A stretch of DNA of 64,000 nt from Amphiscolops sp. MND2022 (lineage: Eukaryota), in NCBI GenBank assembly GCA_964187785.1, contig OZ076409.1:88538001-88602000 (forward strand). Reading direction: 5' to 3'. The position numbers were made by a program, and so were the translations under genes. The notes beneath the pieces were generated by a model. That model was not told the origin of the DNA. It worked only from the letters and a program-made list of their open reading frames with translations, and searched no databases. Positions 49,859 through 63,429 of the stretch are shown in pieces (position 1 is the stretch's first letter; each line of letters begins with the position of its first letter).

Positions 49859-51441
49859 TATTGGATGTAGGACAACACAAAGTAGTGAATTTCAGAAAGT
49901 GATGGCTTTGCTGGTAGTTTGTTTTCATTTAAATTGGCATGTTTTTGATCGTACATATTCTTGCCGAGAGGGAAGAAAGATTTTTACCGAGGGTTTCACA
50001 AAAATGTAAGAATCTTATCAAGAGTTTTCTCACTTGATTTTGATTTTTTGGGCAGTGAATGATTTTGAAGAAATTTTGGGGCTTTTTTGAGCAAATATTT
50101 TCTTTTGTTAGATAGCTAATTTTGCTGTTGTTGATTTCTGTAGAGTTTTCCACCACGAAAACGTTCAAAATGTGTACAAAAAATGTTCAAAATTGATCAA
50201 AATTAGGACATTTTCAGCATTTTTTGTGCTATTTTGGGGTTCATTTTTGGGTCAATTGTGTCACCTTTCCCTGTAGGACTTTATTTCTTAAAAAATAGCA
50301 AATATCTCTACAAATACACATCACACGGCATTTTTTATGGTATTCAATGACTGTGGATGAACTGTTTTCATTGGTGTATAAAATTGGAGCTTAGAAAATT
50401 GGAAATGAAAAAAACGCGGCTCACATATTTTTTCTTTCTCTTTTTACTTATTTTGGCACGGAAAACATTGAAGTATATCAATTTTCATTGCGATAATTTT
50501 TTAACTGGAATGTTAGTTCCATGGAGCACCATGCAGTGCTGATTTGTAACATTGTCAAATTCCAACGTGGCTAGCTGTATTAGGTTATGGGAAAACCATA
50601 CATGTGGAGTTGAATCTATTTTTTCTGTTTTGATCTTCGTGAAAATTCAAAAAAATGCTCGACTAATTGGTGTGATTTCAGTTGAACCTTTTTACCAACT
50701 TGAGCCTCCGGCGAACTTCATCTTTAGAGTTAATAAGTCTACCATTGGATAACCTAAGTTAAGTTATCTAATTGAGTGACTTTTATTTGGAGCCTTTCAC
50801 TTAAACTGAAATTTCATCTAAGTTGAACTCAAGAACTGTAACTTCTCTGTCGTTCGAAATGGGCAAATGTTTGATGTCAATTTCCACCGATGCCATCAGC
50901 TCTTCTCCTCTCCCAGAGTGGTTGAACTGGCTCAGAAGTCTGGCAAAACCACTTTTCCTCCTCATGGACATTCTTGGGGAAACGTTTCAAAGTTTTCTTT
51001 GTACTACCATTCTCTGTTACATTTTTAGAGCAGCAAGTAGACCGATGGTTTTAAAAAGTCGCTCGCTTGGGGATTACTTCCAAATTCTCTGCTACCCTAG
51101 ATTCCATCAAGGCGTTCCATAATTGCTTCACAGAATTGTCGAGAGGAAAAACAAGTATCAAGTTTTCATTTATTCGAAAATAACGTTGGATCTATATACT
51201 TGAGCTGCAGGATTTCTATAACAATTTGTTTTTGACATGGTGTACGTGTTTCAGGCAAGAATCCGACAAAAACTTCGTCTTACATTTTTTACACTCCAAA
51301 AGTAGCAAAAATTCCGCTAGAATCCGATGTTATTGTTTCGACGCCGTTTCCGATTCCAAGCGCAACTCACGTCTTCACATTACATGTATCAAGGTTTTAC
51401 TTGGTTCACAAAAACGTCCGCCCAAACCACGTCTTTCTCAC

Positions 51442-52409
51442 CAATGATTTTTGGATGGAAAGTAGAATAAAACTTTCGCAGTAGAATGAAACAGTGATGA
51501 ACATGAGAAGGAAAAATGCCTAAGTTCTGTGACAAACTCGGGTCCGATTCCCCGCTGTCTCCTTCTGGACTGATTGTAAAACCAAAACAGAACTTCGTAG
51601 ACTGAATAAAGGCTGGATATGCTCACAGCTTCTTCTTGAACAAGCTCACATGTCCTTACATCCTCATTGTCCTCTAGCCCAAATTGCGAGGTAATTTTGT
51701 ATTCTCTGACAAAATCCACAATGTTAGAGATAGCATGTTCTTGCTGCAACTGTTTTGGTCGTGACCTGCGAACAGAGATGTACCTAAAAATGTCCCTATA
51801 GCCTAACACAGAAAATTTTTTCTTGGAGTGTTTCTTACAGTTCCAAAAACAGCGAAATAAAAACCTGCATATATTGGTATCGGTATCACGAGCTAGGAGT
51901 GCTTAGATGTCCATGCATTTGAAGAGCTTTTTTTGAAACAACAGAATTTTTGAGAAAAGGTATCATTCGATATCGACCCTATAACCTCAGTGTATTTCGG
52001 TGATTGGATCACGTCAGATCAAAATAATAACTTGAATCTTTTTCATTGTTCATCTATATTCTGGAGAAAAATTCATAAAACTGTTCTTTAAAAATGACGT
52101 CATAACGTGCAAGAAAATGACGTCATAACTGGATTGCAAAATGCCTTACTTGCAATATGGGCACAAATGTCTTCTGATTATCCATTTGCTGATGCAGGAA
52201 TTGCAGAAAACGTGTTTACATGGATTGACTTGGACTGGATGGCGCAACAAGAAAGAGCAAATGTTGCATCCTAACAGACTCTTCAGCTCAGACATTTTGA
52301 AATCATTTCTTTCTTCCACAGGGTTCCTACAAATTTCTTCATCATCAATACGAGCAGTTTTGGCTATTGATTCTTCCCCAGACATGTAAACCGCAGGTCG
52401 TTTGGTCAT
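51442..52409 (-). CDS. C3HC4 RING finger protein (first two exons; 3' end unresolved)
   Basis: Exon 52409-52150 has CNIC...CKHVFCNSC...CPYC and a gtaag donor; phase-compatible exon 51783-51442 (YISVRR...HAISNIVDFV). Confidence 0.65.
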
Positions 52410-53410
52410 GATTGCTTCAAATGCGTTTGAAGGTATTGCGAAAATCAAGAAAATTACTTTATTTTTTATTGAATGAAAATTGTACGAAATGCACGTGCGT
52501 TGATAGTTTTGAAGCAGTCGTATGACGAGTTTCCAAATCAAGCCCAGGTCCTCAGTTTTTTTGGAGTCAATGACCTAAATTCTGTAGACAGTGAACTCAA
52601 AATGTTCTCAATCACTTGAAATAAATTCAGAGGCATAAGGTTACTACCGTTGCTGACTTGAAGCAGGCATTTTGTTAGCCTTACGTTGAACCAAATTTTC
52701 GAACACTTTCACGAATGAATTGTTCTCGGATGAATTCTCGTATCGCTGATTGTTTCTTGGCTCTTTTCTGTTCCCCCACCATCAAATTTCAAACTGGCCT
52801 GATTATAAGAGAAATCTGTTGCTCAACAGGAAGTTAACTACTAATGGAATAGTTTTTCGTTTGAACAAAACATTTTTCACTCACTTTGACTGTTCGCAGT
52901 ATTTTTCTCTATGAAGTCTCTGATTTTTGATTAGGAAATCAACAGCTTCAATTTTTGAGTCTCAAAAAAGAGTGAAATCGAATATACAAAGTTTGTATTT
53001 GGATCCCAAACTGCTACTCTAAAATTAAATTTAAAATTAAAGGCTTTTGGTGCAGTTTTTAGTCTTTTCAATTGTAACATTTTCACTAATTATTAAAGAA
53101 ATTGGTGGTGAGGGGAAAACACATACAAAAAAAACGTTTTTTTTTGTGTTTTCCCCTCACCGTCAATTTCTTTAGTGCACCTACTCATTCGAGTTTTTTC
53201 TTTCTCGCCGGTGCTTCAGTAACAAAACATGCTTCTGTAAAACAATGCAAACTATGCAAAGGAATTTTCATCATTCACAAGTATACAATCTAGAGCTCTA
53301 TATACAATTGATGCAGGTATTCTACTTTTAAATAGATATTGAGTTTTTGAAAGAGGTTTGACCTTCAGGTCATTGGGGCTTTAGTGCTGGCTAAGTATCC
53401 TGTAGTATAA

Positions 53411-56400
53411 TCACAGTTCTTCAGTGCTTTCAATTGGCTTCGGACGATTGTTGAAATTCTGCTTGTCCATTTCGAGGTCTCTGTGGAATACTACCAGCTG
53501 AAACAATAAATGGTAGTTAAAAATTGTGCCTTTCAGTTGTATATCCTGCTAGAAGGCTTAAACGAATCAACTGAGAAAAGAAATCCATGAGTGTACAAAT
53601 AAAATAACAGACAAAACCAATAAGTAGATGGCCAAACTGAAAGGTGACGACTTGGAAAAATTGACACAAATTAGGAAAAACGGGAGAACGCCATCTTTCC
53701 CCGCAACGAAACCTCGCATATTTATTGCGTCCGCGTCGAGCAGTCAAAGCTCAAAATGACCAAATCGGTGAAGTTAATGCTTCCAAACAGACAACCCAGA
53801 GAACAAGAAACAGGTTGTACCTTTCAAACCATTTTAGTTGGCCCACCAGTTCAACCTGTAGCATCTTGCGAACATTTTGATGAAGTCAAATACTTCAAAA
53901 AGGTACGAGGAGCTTTTGTGATCATGGATTGATATTGAACTAGGAAACGAACGATTGTAAAGATTGAATACTGAAACTTTCGTGTTTTCATTCATTTTTA
54001 TTAGTGAGCGTTTAGATTTTTACACATTGTTTGATTTTCCCGTATCCATCTTTATTGTAATTCCTAGCATCTTCTGACTATTTGTTTTATCTAATCCTTT
54101 GAGCTGTTGAAGCCTGAACAAGGTTCCATTCGAGCATTCAGCCAGGTGCCATATTCTGCTTCAGGCAAAAGTATAACTTTGAAGTTCCCGGCTTCACCAA
54201 ACTTCGTCACGTCAATCAATTTTCGATTGAACGACAATTTTTTTTTCGTAACGATTTTTTTTCGTAAATTCAAGCTAATTATTGTCCTCAAGACACGAAG
54301 CCGACGGTTTCTGATGTTTTCGCAGCTCACTTTTGAATTCTTCTTCACAGCTTTCTTGTGGTTTCAAAACTTAATTGCAGTCAAAACTGATCAAAAACGA
54401 GAATACAATTGTGATGAACAAGACTGAACAGCCCTCGTTACAACTTTTGTCGTTTTCAATACCCTTTGAAGGTGTCAAAAATGTAAACGTTGGACTAATT
54501 TCATTTAGCAAAATGTTCCTGATTGATTTTGGTGACATCACAGAGGTTGTGACCAATTTCGTGTCATGAAAGTACAAAGATAATTAATGAAAATACTTTT
54601 TTACCCAACTAGCCGCTATTCGATTTCGAGCTCTACTCAAAAAGGAAAAATTTTTTGAAAAGGTTTAAACAAAAAGTTTTGGCGTATTTTGATTTCGTAT
54701 TTTTCTGACAGTGCGTAACACATGGTAGTTTTGCACTCTGAGCTAAAAGTACTAAATTTATCAGATTGTCTTGTATATACAATGAAATCAAGTCTCACGT
54801 TTGAAGTAATCTGTTCATCCATAATTTACAGCACTTATTCAAATGTTCTATTCAAAATCTTTCATTAATTTCAATGAGCAATTGCAGGTGTAATCATCAC
54901 TGAAATTAATTCGAATGAATGTCAACTGTTTCGTCTTTTATAGCCTTTTGAACATGCTCGTGAGACGATACAGCAGTGTCTGTTTCTCAGGAAGTTCTCA
55001 AAAATCTTCAGATCTCACAAAAATTGTTCAAAATTCACGTGAATTTATAGAAAATTGAAAGCGAATCTTTGGATGCCACGTTTTAAGTGGCTGCACAAAC
55101 AAAATGCTCAAAAAATGGACTTTCTCATTGTGAGACTGTAAAAAAACCGTCAGCCGCCGACAAAATAGACAAAAACTCCAAACTTCGTCTTTATATTTAA
55201 ATTTTTAAAAAGTTGATAGAATCTTTCGGACCATGGGTCTTGTTTTCCCCCAGGTACCCCTTGTTTCGAAACCCCCCTAACACGAAAGCACAGTTTATTC
55301 TTGAAGAAAAATATTTCACTAATGAAATAATATAATAATTTTTAATTTATAATAAATATTTCACTAATAAACCATGTCGACATCAAGTATTTTATTGGAC
55401 CAAAATTTCAACGCAAACGATGTCGACATAATGGTATTTGAACCTTGTTTCTAATCCCCCGTAAACCTCCCCCCCCCCTAAAACACATGGTCTAATCTTT
55501 CTCAAAACAGAAAAAAAATATTGTTATTCAATATGAAAAGTCTATATTACCTAACTTGTTTTGTTTCCGCATTAGCAATATCTATAACAGATGTCGAATT
55601 TTGCTGATTTTTGATGTCCATTTTGTTTCACAGCTATCTTCTGAAATGCTTGAATACTTCTGATGTCATGCTATCTATGCCAACGTATCGAATGCCATGC
55701 TATTATCATTATATTCATTTGACACACTGACCCTGTTCCGGAGTTGTCTCTCGTGTTCCTGCTGGATGAGTTTCAGTCTCCGGATCTTGGGGTCCAGAAC
55801 CACGTCCATGTCCCCTCCCCCCACAGTGCCCGTGGTACTCTCACCGTCGTCTATCAACATGTTGAACACGTCATCCGCCTTGTCTGCCGGGTTCTCCGTC
55901 TTCAGTCGAATTCCTTCGTTCCTGGCAACAAAAATGAGGGATCTTTCCTGTTAATCCCCCCACACACAGACACAGTAAGAGTGGAAATTTTGAACCTCCC
56001 CCAATATGAGCGACGAGTTTCAGTTGCAGCAGTTAAAGTTGTCAAATACTGCAATTTGATTGGTTGTTGCTAAGAAAAATAATTTTTGGAGTTTTCGGCA
56101 CCGCGGAAAAACGCCAAAAATATGCGTGAAAATGCCGGAAAACAACTCCAATTCAAGAGCAAAACTGCAACGGGTACCCTTTGAACAATTTCTACAATAG
56201 TAAGCCTAGACTTTCAATGGCGATTGGCGAGATCAGTCATTTTTGCAAATCACTTTTAGGGTCGATGCATCAATTTGAAATCCGATAGAAGTTGGACTGT
56301 ATTCTTTTGCCTCTTGTCAAAGAATCGACGTATAAAGATTATTTTCCGTTTTGCATTCCTTACTGGGTTATCACTCCAATATGCTACCTGGAAATATTGA

Positions 56401-59400
56401 TAAAGCTGTACTTCTAAGGTACAATTCTGTTTAAATTACATTTTACCGAAAGTGACACATATTTTGCCAAAAATGAGGAGAAAACGGCCAAAAGTCGGCG
56501 CCGAAAACAGCTGTCGGAAATGTTCTATTTGACAATATCTATGTTACATCTGAGCTGTAAAAAGTGCTAAGGAGTCCCCTTCGGCAATAACAGAACACAT
56601 ACCGGATTTAACGCAAACCGGATTTAACGAATACCCGATATAACATATACCGGATATAACGACACAACTCATACCGAATTTAAAACACATACCGGATAAA
56701 AAAGCTGTAAAAGAGCTAACTAAAATGTTTCTCATATAAAACGTACATAAATTCGGATGAAACGTTTTCAAAGTTCCGGTGTAACATTTTCAAAGTTCGG
56801 ATATAACGTTTTCAAAGTTCGGATATAACATTTTCACTTCTCGTATAAGGTTATTGATTTTTCCCAAAATTTCACTTTATTTGCGTCCAATGTAAAGCTG
56901 TAGTCAGGTTTTCAGTACCATAAGACTTTTTTTGGATTTTCGAAAAATCTTAATTCAACAAGTGATACTAAAACCACGTTCCCCGGGTACACTTACTTTG
57001 TGTCTTGAGTGGGGCGCATACTTGGGCTGTTCCCGGCTTGTTTTTCCATATTTTGAAAGTTGTATTTTGGTAGGAGAGTGAGAAAAACCCCTCTAATTTT
57101 AGTCGACGCATTTATAGACCGTTTCAAAAAGTTCGCGAGACTAAAACTAATAAATTTGTTAATGACGTCATCCTTTGGTCTGAATAATCTTATCTATTGG
57201 ACTATAGATTTGAAAAACTAAAGATTCAGCAAATTGAGTTTGTACCCGTAATGAGACTCCATTCAATCCCATCGATGGCCATCACATTTTTGTCGATGGG
57301 CATCGATGGCCCATCGATGGCCATCGATGGGATTTGAATTATCGTCCAACGCATGGGGGCACTTTTGGAGCATTTTAGGGTTAAATATATCTGATTTTAA
57401 CCTACTCTCATTTCCTTTCGAGCCTCAGTAAGCTTTCTCGAGCCTGAAAATCACTTATTTTGGAGCCTTGTCTTTGAATTGTTTAACAAACAAATTGAAA
57501 AACCTGGCAAAATTGCAATTTTTCGCATGAAAATGCGACGAAATCGAGCTTCAATTTCTGAGAAAACCATCTGCTTGTAAGAAGGAAAAATATCTGAAAT
57601 ATGCAGAAGTTTGACTCTGAAAATACGTATTTATATAAAACAATTTGGTGTTTTTTCCTTGAAAAATCAACAGAATCCGGTTTTTCACAAAGATAAATGA
57701 TATGGACAACTATGTAAACTTCATTTCCGAATGAAATATTTGGGCATCCTCGAAATTCCAAACAAAGCTTAAATAGACTGAAAAACTTAAATGGCGAGAC
57801 TTTTGTTGAAATTTTGAACATGGCCAAGTCGAACGAATTTTTTTGACTGAAAATTTCGATTCCCATTATTATTAGTATCATCATTAGAAAAACATCATCG
57901 ATGCCCGTCTGATGCTTGATTCGTTTTGTGAGTGCAGATTTTCGACCCAATTCGACTTTTTTCTGTCTGTCAGACAGCCTAATACCTCGCTTTAGGATTC
58001 CTCTAAGTGTTGACTCGGAAATCGAGAAAATCCGAGCAATTGCATAATCTTGAGCATAATCTGAGTTTGCATAATACGGGTTTGCATCTTTGAAATGGTA
58101 TATCAATTTTGCAAGGGCGTCAGATGCGCGTTTGCCTAGCGTCGTTGTAGAAATTGATCCGATAGCATCGCTTGCTAAAAGACTGGTACCTAGTCTCGCG
58201 AACTTTTTGAAACGATCTATAGTTAATGCTAAAATTGCCCAACTATTACGCGATTTTTTCTTTCAAAACAGACACGGATAGAGTAGCCGATATGAGAAAT
58301 TTAGTTCAATTATTTGCGCCAAATTTGAGCTGTTCTCGACTTGGTCCTAATTTATTCTTAAGATTCACATTTTTTTCAAAATTCCAGTTTACGGAAACAT
58401 TGTACACGTCCAATTTGAACATTTTGTTTTAGAGGCCATTATGTTGTAAGCTCTTGAACAGAAAACATCTTTTCTTGAGAAGTTATTCCGAGCGTTTAGT
58501 AAATGAATGGCAGATGTCAGTGAATGATTTTTATGTTTCTCAGTAGTACTTAAAGAAAATGAGCTAGTCGAATGTGGAAAATGATGAATGTGGGATGAAG
58601 TGAATAAATGTTAACTTGGGATTCAATGATTTAGAACTGATATAATTGTGGGTGAGGTGAGCATGAGATCAAATGAAGTTGAGTGAAATGGATGGAAACA
58701 AACCTCTGAGTTTTTGAATTTTCGAGGCTGAAAATTGAGGAATGGTAATTGAATTTAAAATTCAACTTGAAGTTTGTCATCCAATTTTTGAAAGAAATCA
58801 CATTTCTTCCAAAAATACTGGACAATTCGAGGTTGATTTTCTCTGCAAATTTCAGCATGCATGTCAGCTTTAACTTTTTGGAGGAAGAGCTCCAACCAAA
58901 ACGTTTTTACTAGCGCTTGGACCAGTTACCCGGTTAACCGACAAACCGGTTACATAAATCTTAATCGATTAAAAATTTTAGCTAGTCAAAGCAAAAAGAA
59001 GCTGACAGTTGGACCCGAGCCCAACTGATGAACAGATGCTTTCTAAATTGGTCTGAAATACGCACTGAACTACATTTGAAGGCTATCATTCCTGTTTCAG
59101 ATAGAATGTTGGGAATTCTCGGTTATAATTTTTATCAAATTGAAACTTCGCGAAAGCTACTTTTTCTAAGGAAGTTTTGAATGATTTTCAGTTTAACAAT
59201 TCATGCCAACAATTTTCTGTTCAAAAATACTTTTCTTTGGTGAACGTTTTGGTATAGCTGCTCGATAATAAAGCAGAAACTGGTAGCTGTGATTTTAACC
59301 GAACAGGATAATAGCCGCTTGTGATTTTAACCGAATCTACATGCATTAACTTTCATTTTTCGGACTACATGTAATTCTTACATAATAGTTACGAAATTGA

Positions 59401-62400
59401 AGCTTCGTTCTCAAGTTGTTTAACCAATTGAAATTGAGAATTCAATTCTATTCGGCTATAATACCATTCGTCTTTAATCTCGTTCGGCCATAATCCATAC
59501 CACCGCAGAAACTATTTTTAGCGGAACTGAATTAAACTCTCAATTATGATTGGTTGCTCCGTTCGACAGTGAGCTTTGAATGATGAAACTATTATGTAAC
59601 TTTGCAACCGACCATAGTAGATGAAAGTCAATGAATGCAGATTCTTCTATTATGCCATTCGGTTATATCAGGCATTGCAGTTAATCACGGCGGGTAAATT
59701 CGTGTAATCCGGTGAATTTTATTCAATCAAATTAAGCCGTGAAATATTATGTAATTGATTAACTTTGCCAACTTGTGACGTGGAATTCAACCTTGTTTGA
59801 AATGAAATATGAAACTCCTATGTCAATTACACGTAATAGAGACAATGTAAACGCTGTTACAAATAATGTTTTAGAGATCTTAAACTTGAAGGTAATTCTG
59901 ACAGAAGGTAGTCAAAGACGATGCAAAAACATTGAAAAATCTGTTGAATAATTTTTAAATGAAACCTATTCAAGCCCAAAATGTTTCTTTTCTAGTTTTT
60001 CACTGTGAGATTGAGATATACCTACACGTAGTTTGAGATATCCTGAGAAATTATTTTGAAAATACGCAACTTTCCGAACATCCCGATTCCGAATTCAAGC
60101 TCTATCGTAAATTAGCAAGGGAATTTCAGCCTCCTTCTGAAATCGATGATGTTCAAGAAAACTTGAATGCTCAGCTACAATGCATAATGGATTTTTGGAA
60201 CGCAAATATCGAAACAATTCCACTGGTATCAAAAACTGCAATGAAATATTGCTTTCTGTCTTCATCTTCTTGCCCAGTGGAACGCACATTTTCATATTTC
60301 ATGAAAATTCTTACGGAAGACCGTCGAAGACTTTATGTAGAAACATTGAAACATCTTTTATTTCTGTATGTTAATTCATCCAAGTTGAATTGAAACACTT
60401 GAAAAACCCTTTTATTTTCGTGTTTTAGTGTGAAAATTTGGCGTGAATTTGGCGTGAAATTTCTTAGCGTGAAAATTTCAGTGTGAATTATGCGAAAAAT
60501 ATGCGTGATTAGCTGACATGCCTGGGTTATATTATCGAGCGGCCAAAGTCACTGCTACCTCCATTTTCAGTTCAGCTCATATCAGGCAATGATTGTAATC
60601 GAAGTATGTCGGAGCCGCTCAATCCAAATGATCAATCAAACAGTTGAGTGTCGTCCAATTGAGCTTAACGCCAGAGTAAATGAAAGTGAATGCATTAAAT
60701 TCTTTTACATTATCATTCGGTTATATCATCGGGCAGCTAAAGTCACGGCGGTGGGGTGCCACTTGACCGAATATCCACTTGACCGAAAAACAACTTTTCA
60801 CCTGGCCGAAAAAAACAAAAGGTTTAACTTAGCCGAAAAATACTTAGCATATTTGTTGTATGGCTCGGTCGCTTCGCTCCCTTCGCCAAGTAGCAACATT
60901 GAGGCATGGTCATATGGCACGTCGCTCCGCTTCGCTTCGCTCCTGCATTTAGGGCACTAGGAGTATGTGAACATAGCTGACTAAGGGAAATAGAAAAGTC
61001 CATTTTTTCGTCTTTGAACGTACTTCGTTCCGGTTCGACCCCGTCAGCCAATCAGATTGCAGAGAATGGTACAGTGCTAAGTATTTTTCGGCTAAGTGAA
61101 ACCGTTTGTTTTTTTTCGGCCAAGTGGATATTCGGCCAAGTGGGAAAACCCTGTCACAGCTACGATAACGGTGATGAGAGAGGAAGATAGAAATCAATCT
61201 TACATCATTTGGCCTGACTTCTGTTCCCGGTTGTACTGCTTTGAAATGAGGTCGTATTCGATGGTCATCTTTTTGATGTCTTGCATCAGAATCGCTCGTT
61301 CTCTCAAATATTGGTTGTGAGATATTTCTGCGTTTTTCCCAATCTTCTCGATGTTTTTTCGCATCAAGTTCCCTTCTAAATAAAATTGTTACTTTCTCGA
61401 ATGAAAAAAATCAGAGTTACTTATTCACTTATGATGACAGGGTTGGCTTCTTGGACAACGTTTGGAAAGTCATGAGATGGAAATCATTGTAACATTTGTA
61501 TAATCGTTTTATGAATTGTTAAATTTGGGGAAACAATGAATACTGACTTGAAAACGCATTCCGACCATTGAGCAATTTGGCCGTCAGGTTCGAAAAAACG
61601 ACTGCAATTTGAAGGCAATGTTATGATCAGGGACCGAATTTGTATGTTAACACTAATGAGGGATTCTTATTTTGGTCGAAAATTTTTGAAACAAATTTGC
61701 ATAGTTCGGCCTATATTTCGCAGAAAAACAAAATTCGTGAAGTGAATGCATACGAAGCAAAGGCTCAATTTTATCAGAAACTCTAACTTTACAAATTTCA
61801 ATTTACCCACAAGGAGTTTGCTTGATTTTGCAGTTAAAATGAAAAAAATGTCTTCAAACTTCCGCTGAAAGTTGATAAGAATTTTCCGTTTCGTCAATTT
61901 AACTATCTCCCCGGTGACTAAAATGACTAAAATGCGAAACCATGTTTTTTTATGAAATGGAACTCATTTGTAGGCAACTAATGATTGATTGGTTTCTTTT
62001 ACTCCAAATAATATGTATTACGGTTTTGTAATGATTCTAATCAAATAAACTTTTCTTTCTACTAATGTGTGGTTTTTATCCCGTATTTTTTACATATTAG
62101 AGTTTTTAACCTATAGTTAAAATGAATATTTCGTTCCATTTGAAACACATGAATCCGGTCTCTGGTTGGGATCGTTTCTTACAGAAATGAAACAAAGATA
62201 TCGCCTAAATTCAAGTATTGTCTCTAACATGTGCCCTAATTGAAAAGCTCACATTTCTTGCAAAATCATCACAAAAATTCTTGTAAAAATGCATTATTTG
62301 ACACTAACTCTTACAAGATTCTTGTAAAATTTGCGAATTTCAGGCCGAAAATGGTACTAAAAATGCATAAATTTTCACAACACTTATACAAAATTTGCAT

Positions 62401-62566
62401 CAATCGACTTGAGGAATTACTGAAAAAAAGTCGGTGATAACATATTTTTTAAAAAAACCCTGTTCATAGTTCAGTTCAACTGACCTTGTTTGTTGCGTTG
62501 TTCCGTCTTCACGTCAGATTGTGCCGATCTCTTCACAATGTATTCAGCTGAGTTTTGAATTTTCAT
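53411..62566 (-). CDS. Hypothetical coiled-coil protein, 4 exons, 176 aa
   Basis: Exons 62566-62485, 61375-61204, 55921-55732, 53497-53411; GT-AG introns with matching phases 1, 2, 0 (531 nt). In-frame stop and TATAAAA upstream of the ATG; reads MKIQNSAEY...STEEL*. Confidence 0.7.
56595..56835. repeat. Short tandem repeats (ccggatataac; 21-bp gttcggatataacgttttcaaa-like units), MITE interior
   Basis: Visible periodic motifs. Confidence 0.65.
57900..58110 (-). pseudogene. Helix-turn-helix fragment of a DNA transposase
   Basis: AIARIFSISESTLRGILKRG...GRKSALT resembles the N-terminal HTH + GRPR-like linker of Tc1/pogo transposases. Confidence 0.45.
59669..60524 (+). mobile_element. Internally deleted hAT DNA transposon
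   Basis: Imperfect 21-bp TIRs (caggcattgcagttaatcacg / cgtgattagctgacatgcctg), perfect 8-bp TSD GGTTATAT, and hAT dimerization domain FW...P...SSCPVERTFS...RRRL at 60163-60393. Confidence 0.92.
60754..61152. mobile_element. MITE with long TIRs built of cacttggccgaa-like motifs
   Basis: 60759-60849 is the imperfect reverse complement of 61075-61143; exact ends and TSD unclear. Confidence 0.8.
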
Positions 62567-63429
62567 TTTACTTTTTTACTTTTCTCTCTGTGTTTTATAC
62601 ACACAAATGACACTTTGCTGATCTTTTTCATGCAATGTTTCACTCAAACTTCAACTAAGCTGACTGCGCACCGCGTTTGACTTTTCAAATTGGTTTGAAT
62701 GTAAAACTGAACCATATTTTATCAGAGGCTTGAGATCTGTTTGAAGTGGTCGCATGTAATTTTTTTCTATTAATGGCCTGGATTGAGCGTTAAAAAGGTG
62801 AAAGAATGAAGTGGGTTTTTTTAATGCAGAAAAGAATAGGTTGAGAAGAATGTTTTAAAAAAGAATTTTAAACTAAAAAATAGAACAAATTATAACATTA
62901 AAATATAGGAAGAATTACATGCGAGGCATAGAATTACATGGTAGGCATTGTTTGTATACTTTAAAGTATACAAACTATGCCTACCCAAGATTTCCCAAAA
63001 AAGTTTTTTTTTCAACAGGGAGCAGAGCAAAAATTCCATTAGAGGAACAGACGAAATTTCTGTTCCTGCAGAGGTCTTCCGGAATTTGGCACTGTATGGC
63101 AGCTGTCTGTTACTTAACTAAAAAAAAGTTGACTTAACAATTATATCGGTTATAACAGTTATATCCTTGTAAATTTCGATATCAATTATTTTCAATTTTC
63201 CATAGTTTTATGTTTGAGCAGCTAATATGCTTCCGAAGACTCTTTTATACCAATTAATAAAAAGCTTGTACATCTGAAGTGGAACTAGAGGACGGCCTCT
63301 AAACTTCAGACCTGAGTAACGTTGAGATAGTAACAAGACATTCCTAGTGTTGTAATCGGAAATTTGACATATTTTCAGAATCAATTGTATTCTCTCCTAT
63401 CTATAATCTAAATCAATGTTTTAACGGTA

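Noticed and set aside
57483..58106. 207-aa ORF as an intact gene
   Set aside because: Only the N-terminal HTH-like part looks protein-like; the rest is F/L/K-rich AT sequence.
58856..58869. Left TIR of the hAT element
   Set aside because: 13/14 match to the right TIR but no matching 8-bp TSD; 59669 has a longer TIR and a perfect TSD.
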